Source: Spirochaetia bacterium (GTDB taxonomy: Bacteria; Spirochaetota; Spirochaetia; SZUA-6; Bin103). Taken from it: a DNA stretch of 64,000 nt. The position numbers and the translations under genes are program-made. Numbering within the stretch: position 1 is the first letter of the stretch; each line of letters begins with the position of its first letter. Below the pieces are notes generated by a model that did no database searches, was not told where the DNA came from, and saw only the letters and a program-made list of their open reading frames with translations. Shown here piece after piece: positions 19,426-29,443 of this stretch. The DNA lies in contig OZ241907.1 in the NCBI GenBank assembly GCA_965203515.1, forward strand, positions 416,001 to 480,000. Reading direction: 5' to 3'.

Positions 19426-20589
19426 TCAGACCCGGTCGGCGTGCGGCAGGCGCACCGGCAGCGGAAACCACGACGCCGCGCCGCGCGGCGGCCCATCCGC
19501 GGCCGGCCCATCCGCAGCCGGCCAGGACGGGCGGAGCGGGCCGAACAGCGACCGCATCGCCTCGATCTCGCTCAAGGTGATCTGAGCCGGCTCATCGGTC
19601 GGCGTTGCGCGTGCGCGGGTACCGTCGACGCGCAGGCACAACCGCTCGTCATCGCCGATCTGCAGGATCAGGCTGCCGGACTCCGCGTCCCCGGAGCGGG
19701 CGCGTTCACCAAGCAGCGCCGTCAGCGCCGCCGGCCAGTCGAAGACCTGCCAGTTGTCGCAGCACCGCAGGGTCGTGGATTCCGCGATCGCGTCGAGCTG
19801 CCGCACGAGCGCGATCCGCGCAGGCGACGCAGCGACCGTGACCGAGGCGAGCTTCCGATGCGCGCACCACGCCGCCGCCACCCGCAGCGTCGCCGCCTGG
19901 TCGGCGGCCAGTAGCTCGGTCACCGTCGATCCGTTGCCGTCCGCGATCAGATAGCCGGCCAGATCCGCCCCGGCGACCGCTGCGTACGGCCGGTTGTTCC
20001 AGCTCGAACAGATCGCGACGAACTCCGCCGGCGGCCGCTCGCACCGCATGCCCTGTCCGTCGTGCAGCCGCTGAGCGTCCGCCAGCAGGGGATCGTCGGC
20101 GGTCAGGCGGCGGAACTCGATCCCGGTCCCGTCCGCGCCGGCCGCCTCGAGATCGTCCCGCTCGAGCGTGAACAGCAGCTCGGTACCGCACTGCTCGTAG
20201 CCGAAGCGGCGATAGCGGCGCCGCCGGCCGCTGAGCACGGAGAGCGGATAGCCGGCGGCGCGGATCTCCTCGACGCAGTGGCGCATCAGCGTGGTCATCA
20301 GGCCGCTGCCGCGGTACCGCGGATGGGTCGAGACGCCGCCGACGCCGGCCACGCGCAGCGCGGCGCCGCCCACGTGCCAGACGATCGGGAAGACGCCGAC
20401 CGCCGCCGCCAGCATGCCGCGGCGTCGTATCGCGTAGTTGCAGCGCATGTGCCGGTCGGTCGGCCGGTACAGCTTCGGCAGCAGCGCGGGGAAATCGTGC
20501 GGGCCGTGCGAGTAGCCGAACGAGTAGTTGAGCAGGTCCATCGCCTCGTCGAAGTCGGCCGCCGTCAGTTGGACGATCCGCTCGCTCAC
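19426..20589 (-). CDS. Eis-like GNAT acetyltransferase
   Basis: Motifs VGGVSTHPRYRGSGLMTTLM and YRRFGYE, with an SCP2-like C-terminus. Start at GTG (VSERIVQL). Confidence 0.8.
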   Translation of the reverse strand: MSERIVQLTAADFDEAMDLLNYSFGYSHGPHDFPALLPKLYRPTDRHMRCNYAIRRRGMLAAAVGVFPIVWHVGGAALRVAGVGGVSTHPRYRGSGLMTTLMRHCVEEIRAAGYPLSVLSGRRRRYRRFGYEQCGTELLFTLERDDLEAAGADGTGIEFRRLTADDPLLADAQRLHDGQGMRCERPPAEFVAICSSWNNRPYAAVAGADLAGYLIADGNGSTVTELLAADQAATLRVAAAWCAHRKLASVTVAASPARIALVRQLDAIAESTTLRCCDNWQVFDWPAALTALLGERARSGDAESGSLILQIGDDERLCLRVDGTRARATPTDEPAQITLSEIEAMRSLFGPLRPSWPAADGPAADGPPRGAASWFPLPVRLPHADRV

Positions 20590-20706
20590 CGCGCGCCTTC
20601 GGTAGCGATCGCTGCACCGCGCTCCACCTGCGAGCGGATCATAAAGGACGCAGCCGCGCGCGGCATGCGATACTCGCGAAAACCGACAGAGGAGTACCAA
20701 TCCACC

Positions 20707-21891
20707 ATGCGAAGAGTCTTCCTACTTGGCGCCGCCGCGCTCCTGGCAGCGGCCGGCGCCTCCGCTCAGACCAGCCTGTTGATCTGGGCGGACGAGAACC
20801 GGGCCAACGCCTTGCAGAACGTCGTGCCGGCATTCACGGAGGCGACCGGCGTCCCGGTCGAGATCGAGGTCGTCGGCTTTGGCGAGATCAGGAGTCAGGC
20901 CGGAGTCGCCGGACCGGCCGGCGAGGGGCCCGACCTGTTCGTCGGCGCTCACGACTGGACCGGCGAGCTGGCGGTCAACGGCCTGGTCGAACCGATCGAA
21001 CTCGGCATGCGCGCCGAGGAGTTCTTCGAGGTGGCGCTCACCGCCTTCAGCTTCGAAGGCAAGCTCTATGCCGTCCCCTACGTGACCGAGACGATCGCCC
21101 TCTATTACAACACCGGCATGGCGGCGGAGGCGCCCCGCGCCTTCGAGGAGATCGGCGCCATCTGCGCCGCCTTGGCAGGGATCGAGAACTGCGTCGGGAT
21201 ACCGGGCGGCGGTGATGGCGCCGACGCCTATCACAACTATCCGTTCGTGTCGGCGCTGGGCGGGTACATCTTCAAGTACGATCCGGCGACCGGCTACGAT
21301 CCCGGCGACGTCGGCCTGGACAGCGATGGGGCCGTGGCCGGGGTGTCGTTTCTGGCCGGGCTGGTGGCGGACGGACTGGTCGGTCCGACCAACTACGATA
21401 CCGCCAAGACGCTGTTCCTGGAGGGAGAGCAGCCGTTCTGGATCACCGGTCCCTGGGAGCTGGGCACCCTGCGCGACCAGGACGGCGTGAACTGGGGCGT
21501 GGCCAAGCTGCCCACGATCGCCGGTCAGGCGCCGGCGCCCTTCGTGGGCTCGCAGGGCATGTTCCTGAGCGCCTTCAGCCCGAACAAGGTGCTGGCGCGG
21601 ACGTTCCTGCTGGAGTTCGTCGCCACGCCGGAGACGATGCGCGCGCTCTACGACGCCGACCCGCGCAACCCCGCGTACCGCGAGGTATTCGATCAGCTCG
21701 CCGACGACCCGGTTGCCCAGACCTTCGCGCTGTCGGCGGCCGACGGCGTGCCGATGCCCAACATCCCGCAGATGGGGGCTGTCTGGGGACCGTTGGGCAA
21801 CGCGCTGCTGCTGGTGCGCAACGGCGAATCGGAAGCCGCCGCGGCGATGGCGACCGCCGCGCAAGGGGTGCGAGAGGCGGTCGAGGGCTGA
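20707..21891 (+). CDS. Maltodextrin-type ABC transporter substrate-binding protein
   Basis: Signal peptide MRRVFLLGAAALLAAAGASA. MalE-like motifs GPDLFVGAHDW, ALYYN, ITGPW and PMPNIPQMGAVW. Confidence 0.88.
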   Translation: MRRVFLLGAAALLAAAGASAQTSLLIWADENRANALQNVVPAFTEATGVPVEIEVVGFGEIRSQAGVAGPAGEGPDLFVGAHDWTGELAVNGLVEPIELGMRAEEFFEVALTAFSFEGKLYAVPYVTETIALYYNTGMAAEAPRAFEEIGAICAALAGIENCVGIPGGGDGADAYHNYPFVSALGGYIFKYDPATGYDPGDVGLDSDGAVAGVSFLAGLVADGLVGPTNYDTAKTLFLEGEQPFWITGPWELGTLRDQDGVNWGVAKLPTIAGQAPAPFVGSQGMFLSAFSPNKVLARTFLLEFVATPETMRALYDADPRNPAYREVFDQLADDPVAQTFALSAADGVPMPNIPQMGAVWGPLGNALLLVRNGESEAAAAMATAAQGVREAVEG

Positions 21892-21901
21892 TCCGCCGCC
21901 C

Positions 21902-23536
21902 GTGACCACCGCCCGCCCCAACCCCGCCGGGCGCCGGGCCCTGCCCGCGCTCGGCGGGGGCTTCTGGCTCAAGCTGGCCCTGATCGGGCTGCTCGACGCG
22001 GTGGTCGTACTGCTCTGCCCGATCCTGATCGCATCCGGATCGTGGACGCTCCTGGCGCTGCTGCTGGCGGCGGCGCTGCTGATCAACTACGCCTACCTGC
22101 GTCCCGGCGCGGTCGCCCTGCCGTGGCTGGCGCCGGGGCTGGTGTTCATGGGGCTGTTCGTGGTGTGGCCGGTGCTGTACACCGCGTACGTCGGGCTCAC
22201 CAACTGGAGCACCGGGCACATCCTCAGCAAGGAGCAGGCGATCGAACGCCTGCAGAGCATCGCCATCGAGTCGGCCGGCGATCCGCTGACCCTGGACCTG
22301 GCGGTGTTCCGCGATCCGGACGGCGTCCTGGCGTTCTACGTGACCGGCGCCGAGGGCGGCGGCGCCGAGGGGAGCGTCTGGTTCGGGGTGCCGCGCCCGC
22401 GCGGCGTCGATCCGGTCCGCGGCGGGCTGCTGCAGCCGGCGGAGTTGGGGGTGACCGACGAGGACGGGGACGGGCTGCCGGAAGGCATCGGCTCCTACGC
22501 GCGCCTGCAGGGACTGCAGGTGATCGGCGCGGCCGGCGCGATGGAGGACCTGGTCCTCGACGTCCCCGGCGGCCAGGTCGAGGTGCTCACCACGTCCAGC
22601 GTGCGGCTGGTAGCGTCCGGCCGGCGCTATCGGTACGACGCGGCCGCCGACACGCTCTACGACGCGCAGACGCGGTCGACCTGCCGCGCGGCGGTGGGCG
22701 CGTTTTCCTGTCCTGACGGGCGGCAGCTCGATCCGGGGTGGCGCGAGGTGGTCGGCCTGGCCAACTTCGTCCGCGTCATCGCCGACGGCCGCTTCCGCGG
22801 TCCGTTCGTCAGGGTGTTCATCTGGAACATCGTGTTCGCCGCGGCGTCGGTAGGGCTCACCTTCGCCGTCGGCCTGACGCTGGCCAACGCCCTGCAGGAG
22901 ACGCGTCTGCGCGGCCGGCCGATCTATCGGTCGATCTTCATCATCCCCTATGCCGTTCCGGGGTTCATCTCCGCGATCGTCTGGCGCGGTCTGCTCAACG
23001 ATCAGTTCGGGCAGGTCAACCGGGTGATCGAGTTCTTCGGAGCGGCCGGGATCCCCTGGCTGCAGGATCGGTGGTGGGCCAAGGTGGCGGTGCTTCTGGT
23101 CAATACCTGGCTCGGTTTTCCCTACATGTTTCTGATCGCGTCCGGCGCGCTGCAGTCGATTCCGGACGACCTGAAGGAGGCGGCGCGGGTCGAGGGCGCC
23201 TCGGCCGCCCGTGTGTTCGGCACCATCACCCTGCCGTTGCTGATGGTGGCGACCGCGCCGATGCTGATCGGATCGTTCGCCTACAACTTCAACAACTTCA
23301 CGCTGATCTTCCTGCTCACCGCAGGCGGGCCGCCGGTGGCCGGCGCCTCGGTTCCGGTCGGCCACACCGACATACTCATCTCCTTCACGTTCAACCTGGC
23401 TCTGCAGGCGGGGAGGGGCCAGAACTTCGGGCTCGGCTCGGCGATCGTGATCGTGATCTTCGTGGTGGTGGCGGCGCTGTCGGCATTCGGCTTCCGGTTC
23501 ACGAAACGGCTGGAGCGGGTGTATGGGAACCTCTGA
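21902..23536 (+). CDS. MalF-like ABC permease with large periplasmic loop
   Basis: TM segments, VGLANF, VNTWLGFPYM, EAA loop EAARVEGAS, and FAYNFNNF. Confidence 0.88.
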   Translation: MTTARPNPAGRRALPALGGGFWLKLALIGLLDAVVVLLCPILIASGSWTLLALLLAAALLINYAYLRPGAVALPWLAPGLVFMGLFVVWPVLYTAYVGLTNWSTGHILSKEQAIERLQSIAIESAGDPLTLDLAVFRDPDGVLAFYVTGAEGGGAEGSVWFGVPRPRGVDPVRGGLLQPAELGVTDEDGDGLPEGIGSYARLQGLQVIGAAGAMEDLVLDVPGGQVEVLTTSSVRLVASGRRYRYDAAADTLYDAQTRSTCRAAVGAFSCPDGRQLDPGWREVVGLANFVRVIADGRFRGPFVRVFIWNIVFAAASVGLTFAVGLTLANALQETRLRGRPIYRSIFIIPYAVPGFISAIVWRGLLNDQFGQVNRVIEFFGAAGIPWLQDRWWAKVAVLLVNTWLGFPYMFLIASGALQSIPDDLKEAARVEGASAARVFGTITLPLLMVATAPMLIGSFAYNFNNFTLIFLLTAGGPPVAGASVPVGHTDILISFTFNLALQAGRGQNFGLGSAIVIVIFVVVAALSAFGFRFTKRLERVYGNL

Positions 23537-24440
23537 CCGGCGCAGCGAAGCGGATGTCGTGCGCAAGCCGCGCAGGCCGCGCATGCCGCTCCGCCGCTGG
23601 CTGCGCGAGCTGGCGTGGCGCCACCTGCTGTTGGTCCCGGCGGCCGTCTTCGCGCTGTTTCCGGTCGTCTGGGTCGTTTCTTCGGCGGTGAACGCGGTCG
23701 ACAACCTGAGCACGGCGCGGATCGTGCCGCGGCAGCTCACCACCGACAATTTCGTCGAGTTGTTCACCAACCCGTTGACGCCGTTCGATATCTGGATCTG
23801 GAACACCTGGAAGGTGGCGATCGTCGCCGCGCTCGGCAACGTGGCGCTGGCCGCCCTGGCCGCGTTCGCCTTCAGCCGGCTGCGCTTCCGCGGCCGGCGA
23901 ACGGGGCTGCTGAGCATGGTGTTGGTGCAGGTATTTCCCCAGTTCCTCGGCTTCATCGCCCTGTTCCTGCTCGGCCAGCAGATCGGCGACGTGGCCGACT
24001 TCGTGGGCCTCAACACCCACGGCTACCTGATCCTGGTCTATCTGGGCGGCGCGGTCGGCTTCAACGCCTTCCTGATCAAGGGCTACATGGACACCGTCCC
24101 CGGCTCGCTGGACGAATCGGCCGCCGTCGAAGGGGCATCGCTGTGGCAGGTGTTCTCCCGTGTCATACTGCCGCTGAGCCGTCCGGTGCTTGCCGTGATC
24201 TTCATCATCACCTTCATAGGCATCTATTCGGAGTACATCCTGGCGCGCACCCTGCTGCGCAGCGCCGACAACCTGACGCTCGCGCTGGGGCTGCAGCTCT
24301 TCGTGAGCAACGACTACTCGGCGCGGTGGGGCAATCTGTCGGCCGCAGCGCTGATCGGGGCGGCGCCGATCGTGCTCACCTTCCTGTTCGCCCAGCGGCA
24401 CATCGTCGGCGGCCTGGTGCGCGGCGCGGTCAAGGGTTGA
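23523..24440 (+). CDS. MalG-like ABC permease
   Basis: Motifs AFSRLRFRGR, LDESAAVEGAS and GLVRGAVKG. Confidence 0.88.
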   Translation: MGTSDRRSEADVVRKPRRPRMPLRRWLRELAWRHLLLVPAAVFALFPVVWVVSSAVNAVDNLSTARIVPRQLTTDNFVELFTNPLTPFDIWIWNTWKVAIVAALGNVALAALAAFAFSRLRFRGRRTGLLSMVLVQVFPQFLGFIALFLLGQQIGDVADFVGLNTHGYLILVYLGGAVGFNAFLIKGYMDTVPGSLDESAAVEGASLWQVFSRVILPLSRPVLAVIFIITFIGIYSEYILARTLLRSADNLTLALGLQLFVSNDYSARWGNLSAAALIGAAPIVLTFLFAQRHIVGGLVRGAVKG

Positions 24441-24451
24441 AGGAGGCAGCG

Positions 24452-26407
24452 ATGGCAGCGACCGCCCGTCCCCGCCGGCATGACGACGATCGCGGCATCT
24501 ACGGTCTGCCCGGCGACGTGTCGCCCTGGGACGTCCGCTTCGACCCGCGCGACCGGGCGTTCGTGGATCGGGAGCCGGATGGACGGTTCCGCCTGCGCGT
24601 GTGGACCGAGCCGGCGCTGGCGGACGCCCGCCTGGTGGTGCGGTCGGGCCGACAAATCGAGTCGTACCCAATGACCGCGGTCGCGGCGAGCGGGCGCTTC
24701 ACCTTCTGGGAGGCGGTCGCCGGGCCGTTCGACGCAGGCACCGAGTACTCTTTCGCGTTTCGCGCCGGCGGCGGACGAGGGCAGAGTGGTCGAGGACAGG
24801 GAGTCTATCTGTCGCCGGCGGGCATCACCGTCGCCATCGAGCGGCTCGACCGCTGGCGGTTCCCGGATTCGGCGGAGGAGCTGGCGCCGCTCGCGGTGCC
24901 CGCCTGGGCGCGCGGCGCGGTGATCTACCAGATATTTCCCGACCGTTTCGCCAACGCTGATCGGTCGGTCGATCCGCCGGACGTGCGGCCGTGGGGAACG
25001 GCGCCGCAGGCGCGCGGCTTCTGGGGCGGCGACCTGGCCGGCATCGCCGCTCGCCTGGATTATCTGACGCGGCTGGGCGTCGAGGCGATCTACCTCACGC
25101 CGATCTTCGCCTCGCCCTCCAACCACCGCTACGACACGGTCGACTACCTGACCGTCGACCCGCTGCTCGGCGGCAACGACGCGCTGCGCGAGATGGTCGA
25201 CGCGGCGCATGAGGCGGGCATGCGGGTGGTGCTGGACGTCTCGATCAACCACGTCCATCCGCGCTTCTTCGCCTTCGCCGACGTGGTGCGGAACGGGAGC
25301 CGATCGGAGTTTCGCGACTGGTTCGTGATCGAGGAGTGGCCGCTGCGCATCCGCTACCGCCCGCACGTGCCGGCGCACCGGAGCCTGGCCGAGTGGCTGC
25401 CGGTGTGGCGGCGGGAGACCGGGCTGCCGATCGAGGAGGCGGCCGACGCCGGCCCGGCGGTGGAGCCGACCTACGAGGCATGGTACGGCGTGCCGACCAT
25501 GCCGCGCGTGAACCTGGCCAATCCGCAGGCGCGCTCCTACCTGCTGCAGGCGCTCACCGGCTGGATACGGGACTACGGGATCGACGGCTGGCGGCTGGAC
25601 GTGGCGCGCTACGTCGACCCGGACGTGTGGCGCGACCTGCGGCCGATGGTGCGGGCGGTCAAGCCGGACGCCTATCTGCTCGGCGAGGTGATGGGCGACG
25701 CGGCCGTCTGGCTGCAGGGCGATGCGTTCGATGCGTCGATGAACTATCCGCTACGCGAGCTGGCGGTGCGGTTCTTCGCGACCGGAGCGATCGACGGCCG
25801 GCAGTTGGCGGACGGTCTGGCGCGGCTGTGGGCCGGCTGCGCGTGGCCGGTCGCGCAGGCCGCGCACAATCTGATCGGCAGCCACGACACGCCGCGCTTC
25901 CTCACCCTGGCCGGCGGGGAGGTCTGGCGCCTGCGGCTGGCGGTAGTGCTGCAGATGACCTTTCCCGGCGCTCCGGGCCTCTACTACGGGGACGAGGTGG
26001 GGATGACCGGGGGCGGCGACCCCGGCTGCCGCGGGACGTTCCCGTGGCCGGGCGAAGGTCAGGTCGACGCCGGCGCGCCGGACCCCGAGCGGCACCCGCT
26101 GTTCCGCACCGCGGCGGAGCTGGCGGCGTTGCGCCGCGCGGAGCCGGCCCTGCGCACCGGCGAGTGGCGCGCCGGCGAGGCGCGCGGCTCGCTGGTGACG
26201 TTCGAGCGCCGGCTCGGCCGGCGCCGGCTGTTGGTGGCGATCAACCGCGGGCGCACGGCCGCGGTGGTGGAGCTGGGCAGCGCGCGGGCGCGGCTGCTCT
26301 GGGGCGGCGGCGAGGCCTGTGGCGGCGGCGAGGCCTGGAGCGGCGGCGAGGCCTGCGGCGGCCGCCTGCGCGTGGCCGGGAGGGCCGCCGCCATCGTGCG
26401 CCTGTGA
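24452..26407 (+). CDS. GH13 neopullulanase/cyclomaltodextrinase-type glycosidase
   Basis: Motifs IYQIFPDRFAN, GGDLAGI, SNHRYDT, DGWRLDVA, LLGEV, GSHDTPR and YYGDEVG. AGGAGG RBS upstream. Confidence 0.9.
   Translation: MAATARPRRHDDDRGIYGLPGDVSPWDVRFDPRDRAFVDREPDGRFRLRVWTEPALADARLVVRSGRQIESYPMTAVAASGRFTFWEAVAGPFDAGTEYSFAFRAGGGRGQSGRGQGVYLSPAGITVAIERLDRWRFPDSAEELAPLAVPAWARGAVIYQIFPDRFANADRSVDPPDVRPWGTAPQARGFWGGDLAGIAARLDYLTRLGVEAIYLTPIFASPSNHRYDTVDYLTVDPLLGGNDALREMVDAAHEAGMRVVLDVSINHVHPRFFAFADVVRNGSRSEFRDWFVIEEWPLRIRYRPHVPAHRSLAEWLPVWRRETGLPIEEAADAGPAVEPTYEAWYGVPTMPRVNLANPQARSYLLQALTGWIRDYGIDGWRLDVARYVDPDVWRDLRPMVRAVKPDAYLLGEVMGDAAVWLQGDAFDASMNYPLRELAVRFFATGAIDGRQLADGLARLWAGCAWPVAQAAHNLIGSHDTPRFLTLAGGEVWRLRLAVVLQMTFPGAPGLYYGDEVGMTGGGDPGCRGTFPWPGEGQVDAGAPDPERHPLFRTAAELAALRRAEPALRTGEWRAGEARGSLVTFERRLGRRRLLVAINRGRTAAVVELGSARARLLWGGGEACGGGEAWSGGEACGGRLRVAGRAAAIVRL
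26306..26359. repeat. 3 x 18-bp in-frame tandem repeat at the GH13 C-terminus
   Basis: ggcggcgaggcctg core occurs three times and encodes GGEACG GGEAWS GGEACG. Confidence 0.85.
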
Positions 26408-29367
26408 CCGGGCGGCCGGCTCTGGCGGCCGCGGCGGTCGCCTGGGCGGCGCTGCTGCCGGCTGCCGCCCACGCCGAAGCGGGGGCGAGCGATCCCGGCT
26501 TCTACCTGATGCTCATGTGGCATCAGCATCAGCCGCTCTATCCCAAGGACGCGGCCGGCGTCTATTCGCGGCCGTGGGTGCGCGTGCACGCCGCCAAGGA
26601 CTACTACGACATGGCGGCCCTGGTGGACGAGCACCCCGGCGTGCAGGTCGTGTTCAATCTCACGCCGGCGCTGCTGCTGCAGCTCGACGACCTTGCGGCC
26701 GGCGCCAGGGACCGCTACCGGGTAGCCGCGGAGATACCCGCCGCACGGCTCACCGCGGACGACAAGCGGTTCCTGTTGGAGCGCTTCTTCGACGTCAACC
26801 CCAAGGTGATCGACCGCTTTCCGCGCTACCGGGAACTGGCCGACGATCGAGGCGACCGCGGCATCGACGCCGCGCTGGAAGCGTGGCCGGCGCAACGCTT
26901 CCGCGATCTGCAGGTGCTGTTCAACCTCGCATGGACCGATCCGGACTTCTTGGCCGACGCGCCGCTGGCGGCGTTGGTGGAGCGTGGCCGGGATTACGTC
27001 GAGGAGGACAAGGCGGTCGTGCTGGCCGAGCACCGGCGCATCGTCGGCGAAGTGATCCCCTTGCATCGGCGTCTGTGGGAGGCCGGCCGAATCGAGGTGA
27101 CCACCACGCCGCTTGCCCATCCCATCCTGCCGCTGATCGCCGATACCGACTTGGGGGCGGCCGGCGACCCGGCGGCGCGGCGGCCGGAGCATCGCTACCG
27201 GGAGATCGTCGACGCGGACCAGCAGGTGATTCGCGGCCTTGACGTGGCCGAACGTCTGCTCGGGCGGCGCCCGGCGGGGATGTGGCCCGGCGAGGGCGCG
27301 GTCGCGCAGCTCGTGATGTCCCTGTTCTCCAAGAACGGCGTGCGCTGGGTGGCGACCGGAGAGGACGTGCTGGCGCGAAGCCTGGGCTTCTCGATCACGC
27401 GCGACCGCAGGGACACGGTCGAGCAGAGCGAGCTGTTCCGTCCGTGGCAGGCGCGGCTGCGGCGCAACCCGCCGGTGCCGATCTTCTTTCGCGACGTGCG
27501 CCTGTCCGATCTGATCGGCTTCGAGTATTCCGGCATGCCGGGCGAGGCGGCTGCGGCCGACTTCATGGACCGCCTGCGAAACATCCGCAACCGTCTGGAA
27601 GCGGAGGGACGGCTCGGCGGCGAGCGGCCTCCCGTAGTGTCGGTGATCCTGGACGGCGAGAACGCATGGGAGCACTACGCCAACGACGGCAAGGGGTTTC
27701 TGCGCGCCCTCTACCGGCGTCTTGCGGCGGCCGACTGGGTCGCGACGATCACGCCGTCGCAGTACCTGGAACGGTTCGCGGAGCCGGAGCCGCTGCCGGA
27801 GGTCTTTCCCGGCTCCTGGTTCCAGCCCAACTTCGCCACCTGGTTCGGCGAGGAGGAGGAGGCGCTGGCGTGGGACTATCTGTGGCGCGTGCGCGACGAC
27901 CTGCGCCGCGCGGAGCGGTCGGGCGCGGTCGCCGCGGAGGCGCTGGCCGCCGCGTATGAGAGCATGCTGTTCGCCGAGGGATCGGACTGGTTCTGGTGGT
28001 TCGGCGCCGACCAGGAGTCGGGCGACGACGCCTACTTCGACCGCGCGTTCCGCGAGCTGCTGGGGCAGGTGTACGACGCCCTGGGGAGCGAACGGCCGCC
28101 GTTCCTGCGCGTGCCGATCATTCCGGCGCCCGCGGTCCCGGTGCTCCGACAGCCGGAGGAGCCGGCGGCGGTGACGGTCGACGGCGACCTTGGCGAGTGG
28201 TCGGCTGCCGCGCGCAGCGGAGTCGCGTTCGCAGCGCCGCGCGGGAGGCTGCGGTTCGCGTTCGATGCGGCGAGCCTCTACCTGGTGATCGACGGGCCGG
28301 CGAGCGGCGAAGCGGTCGATCTCTATCTGGCCGGAACCGGCGCTGCGGTGGGGCTGACGCTCGACGGCCGGGTGCTCGGCTTCCGAGCCACCCACGTGGC
28401 GCGCGCCGATGGGCGGGGCGCGGCGTGCCTGGCGGCCCTCGCCGCCCCGGAGACGTGCCGGCCGCTGGCCGCCGCCGGCTCGGATCAGGGCGTGGAGCTG
28501 CAGATCCCGTTTGCACTCCTGGGCGCCATGGAGTCCGGTGATCTGATCGGGATGGCCGCCGAGCTGCCGGAGGCGGGCGCGGCGCTCGGCGGCGGCCGCC
28601 GTGCGCTGCAGGTGCCGGACATCTCGGCGATGACGGTGCTGATCGACGTGGAAGATCCGGCCGGAGACGACCACGGCCCCGGTACCTACGCCTATCCCCT
28701 CGACGAGGTGTTCGTGCCCGGCAGCTACGATCTGCGCCGCTTTCAGGTCGGCATCGATGCGGAGCATCTGATCTTCGCGTTCGAGGTCGGCGCGCCGATC
28801 GCCAATCCCTGGGGATCGCCGCGCGGGTTGTCGGTGCAGACCTTCGACGTGTACGTCGACACCGATCCGCGAGCCGAAGCCGGAGCGCGCTTGCTGCTGC
28901 CGGGCCGCAACGCCGCGCTGCAGGGACGGCGCGGCTGGGAGTACGCGGTCACCGTCGAGGGTTGGGATTCCGCGTTCTACGCGGCCGACCGGGACGGCAT
29001 GGTGGCGGAGCGCGACCCGTCGTTCGATCTGGTGGTGTTCCCCGCCAAGGGCAGGGTGGTGGTCCGGCTCGCTCGGGAGCTGTTCCCGGAAGGCGATCCG
29101 GCGGGGTGGGGGTACGCCGCCGCGTTGATGTCGCAGGAGGGGTTCCCGTCCGCCGGCGTGCGGCGCGTCCGCGACGTCGAGCCGGCGGCCGAACGCTGGC
29201 GGATCGGCGGCGCTCCCACGGCGGTCAACCGGACTCGTATCATCGACGCGGCGTGGCCTCGGAGCGGCGTGCAGGAGGAACTGCTGTCGACCTATCGGGC
29301 GGCCGACTCGATCGACGGCCTGACGGCGGACGACTTCGGCCGTATTCCTCTGTTGATCGCGGACTGA
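26404..29367 (+). CDS. Secreted GH57 amylopullulanase with C-terminal glucodextranase-like DOMON domain
   Basis: Signal-like N-terminus. GH57 motifs WHQHQP, HPILPLI, GMWPGE, LDGENAWE and AEGSDWFWW. DPAGDDHGPGTYAYP marks the DOMON-like domain. Confidence 0.87.
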   Translation: MTGRPALAAAAVAWAALLPAAAHAEAGASDPGFYLMLMWHQHQPLYPKDAAGVYSRPWVRVHAAKDYYDMAALVDEHPGVQVVFNLTPALLLQLDDLAAGARDRYRVAAEIPAARLTADDKRFLLERFFDVNPKVIDRFPRYRELADDRGDRGIDAALEAWPAQRFRDLQVLFNLAWTDPDFLADAPLAALVERGRDYVEEDKAVVLAEHRRIVGEVIPLHRRLWEAGRIEVTTTPLAHPILPLIADTDLGAAGDPAARRPEHRYREIVDADQQVIRGLDVAERLLGRRPAGMWPGEGAVAQLVMSLFSKNGVRWVATGEDVLARSLGFSITRDRRDTVEQSELFRPWQARLRRNPPVPIFFRDVRLSDLIGFEYSGMPGEAAAADFMDRLRNIRNRLEAEGRLGGERPPVVSVILDGENAWEHYANDGKGFLRALYRRLAAADWVATITPSQYLERFAEPEPLPEVFPGSWFQPNFATWFGEEEEALAWDYLWRVRDDLRRAERSGAVAAEALAAAYESMLFAEGSDWFWWFGADQESGDDAYFDRAFRELLGQVYDALGSERPPFLRVPIIPAPAVPVLRQPEEPAAVTVDGDLGEWSAAARSGVAFAAPRGRLRFAFDAASLYLVIDGPASGEAVDLYLAGTGAAVGLTLDGRVLGFRATHVARADGRGAACLAALAAPETCRPLAAAGSDQGVELQIPFALLGAMESGDLIGMAAELPEAGAALGGGRRALQVPDISAMTVLIDVEDPAGDDHGPGTYAYPLDEVFVPGSYDLRRFQVGIDAEHLIFAFEVGAPIANPWGSPRGLSVQTFDVYVDTDPRAEAGARLLLPGRNAALQGRRGWEYAVTVEGWDSAFYAADRDGMVAERDPSFDLVVFPAKGRVVVRLARELFPEGDPAGWGYAAALMSQEGFPSAGVRRVRDVEPAAERWRIGGAPTAVNRTRIIDAAWPRSGVQEELLSTYRAADSIDGLTADDFGRIPLLIAD

Positions 29368-29443
29368 CAGCCCGCGGCCGCATCACCGCGCGGGAACGCG
29401 CGTGATCGACGGTTCGCGCTATGATCTCGCCCAGGGAGGCACG

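Noticed and set aside
25336..26403. N-terminal extension making GH57 1343 aa (similar extensions at 23615, 20062, 53178, 45197)
   Set aside because: The extensions overlap upstream genes in another frame. Downstream starts are supported by RBSs, stop/start overlaps or signal peptides.
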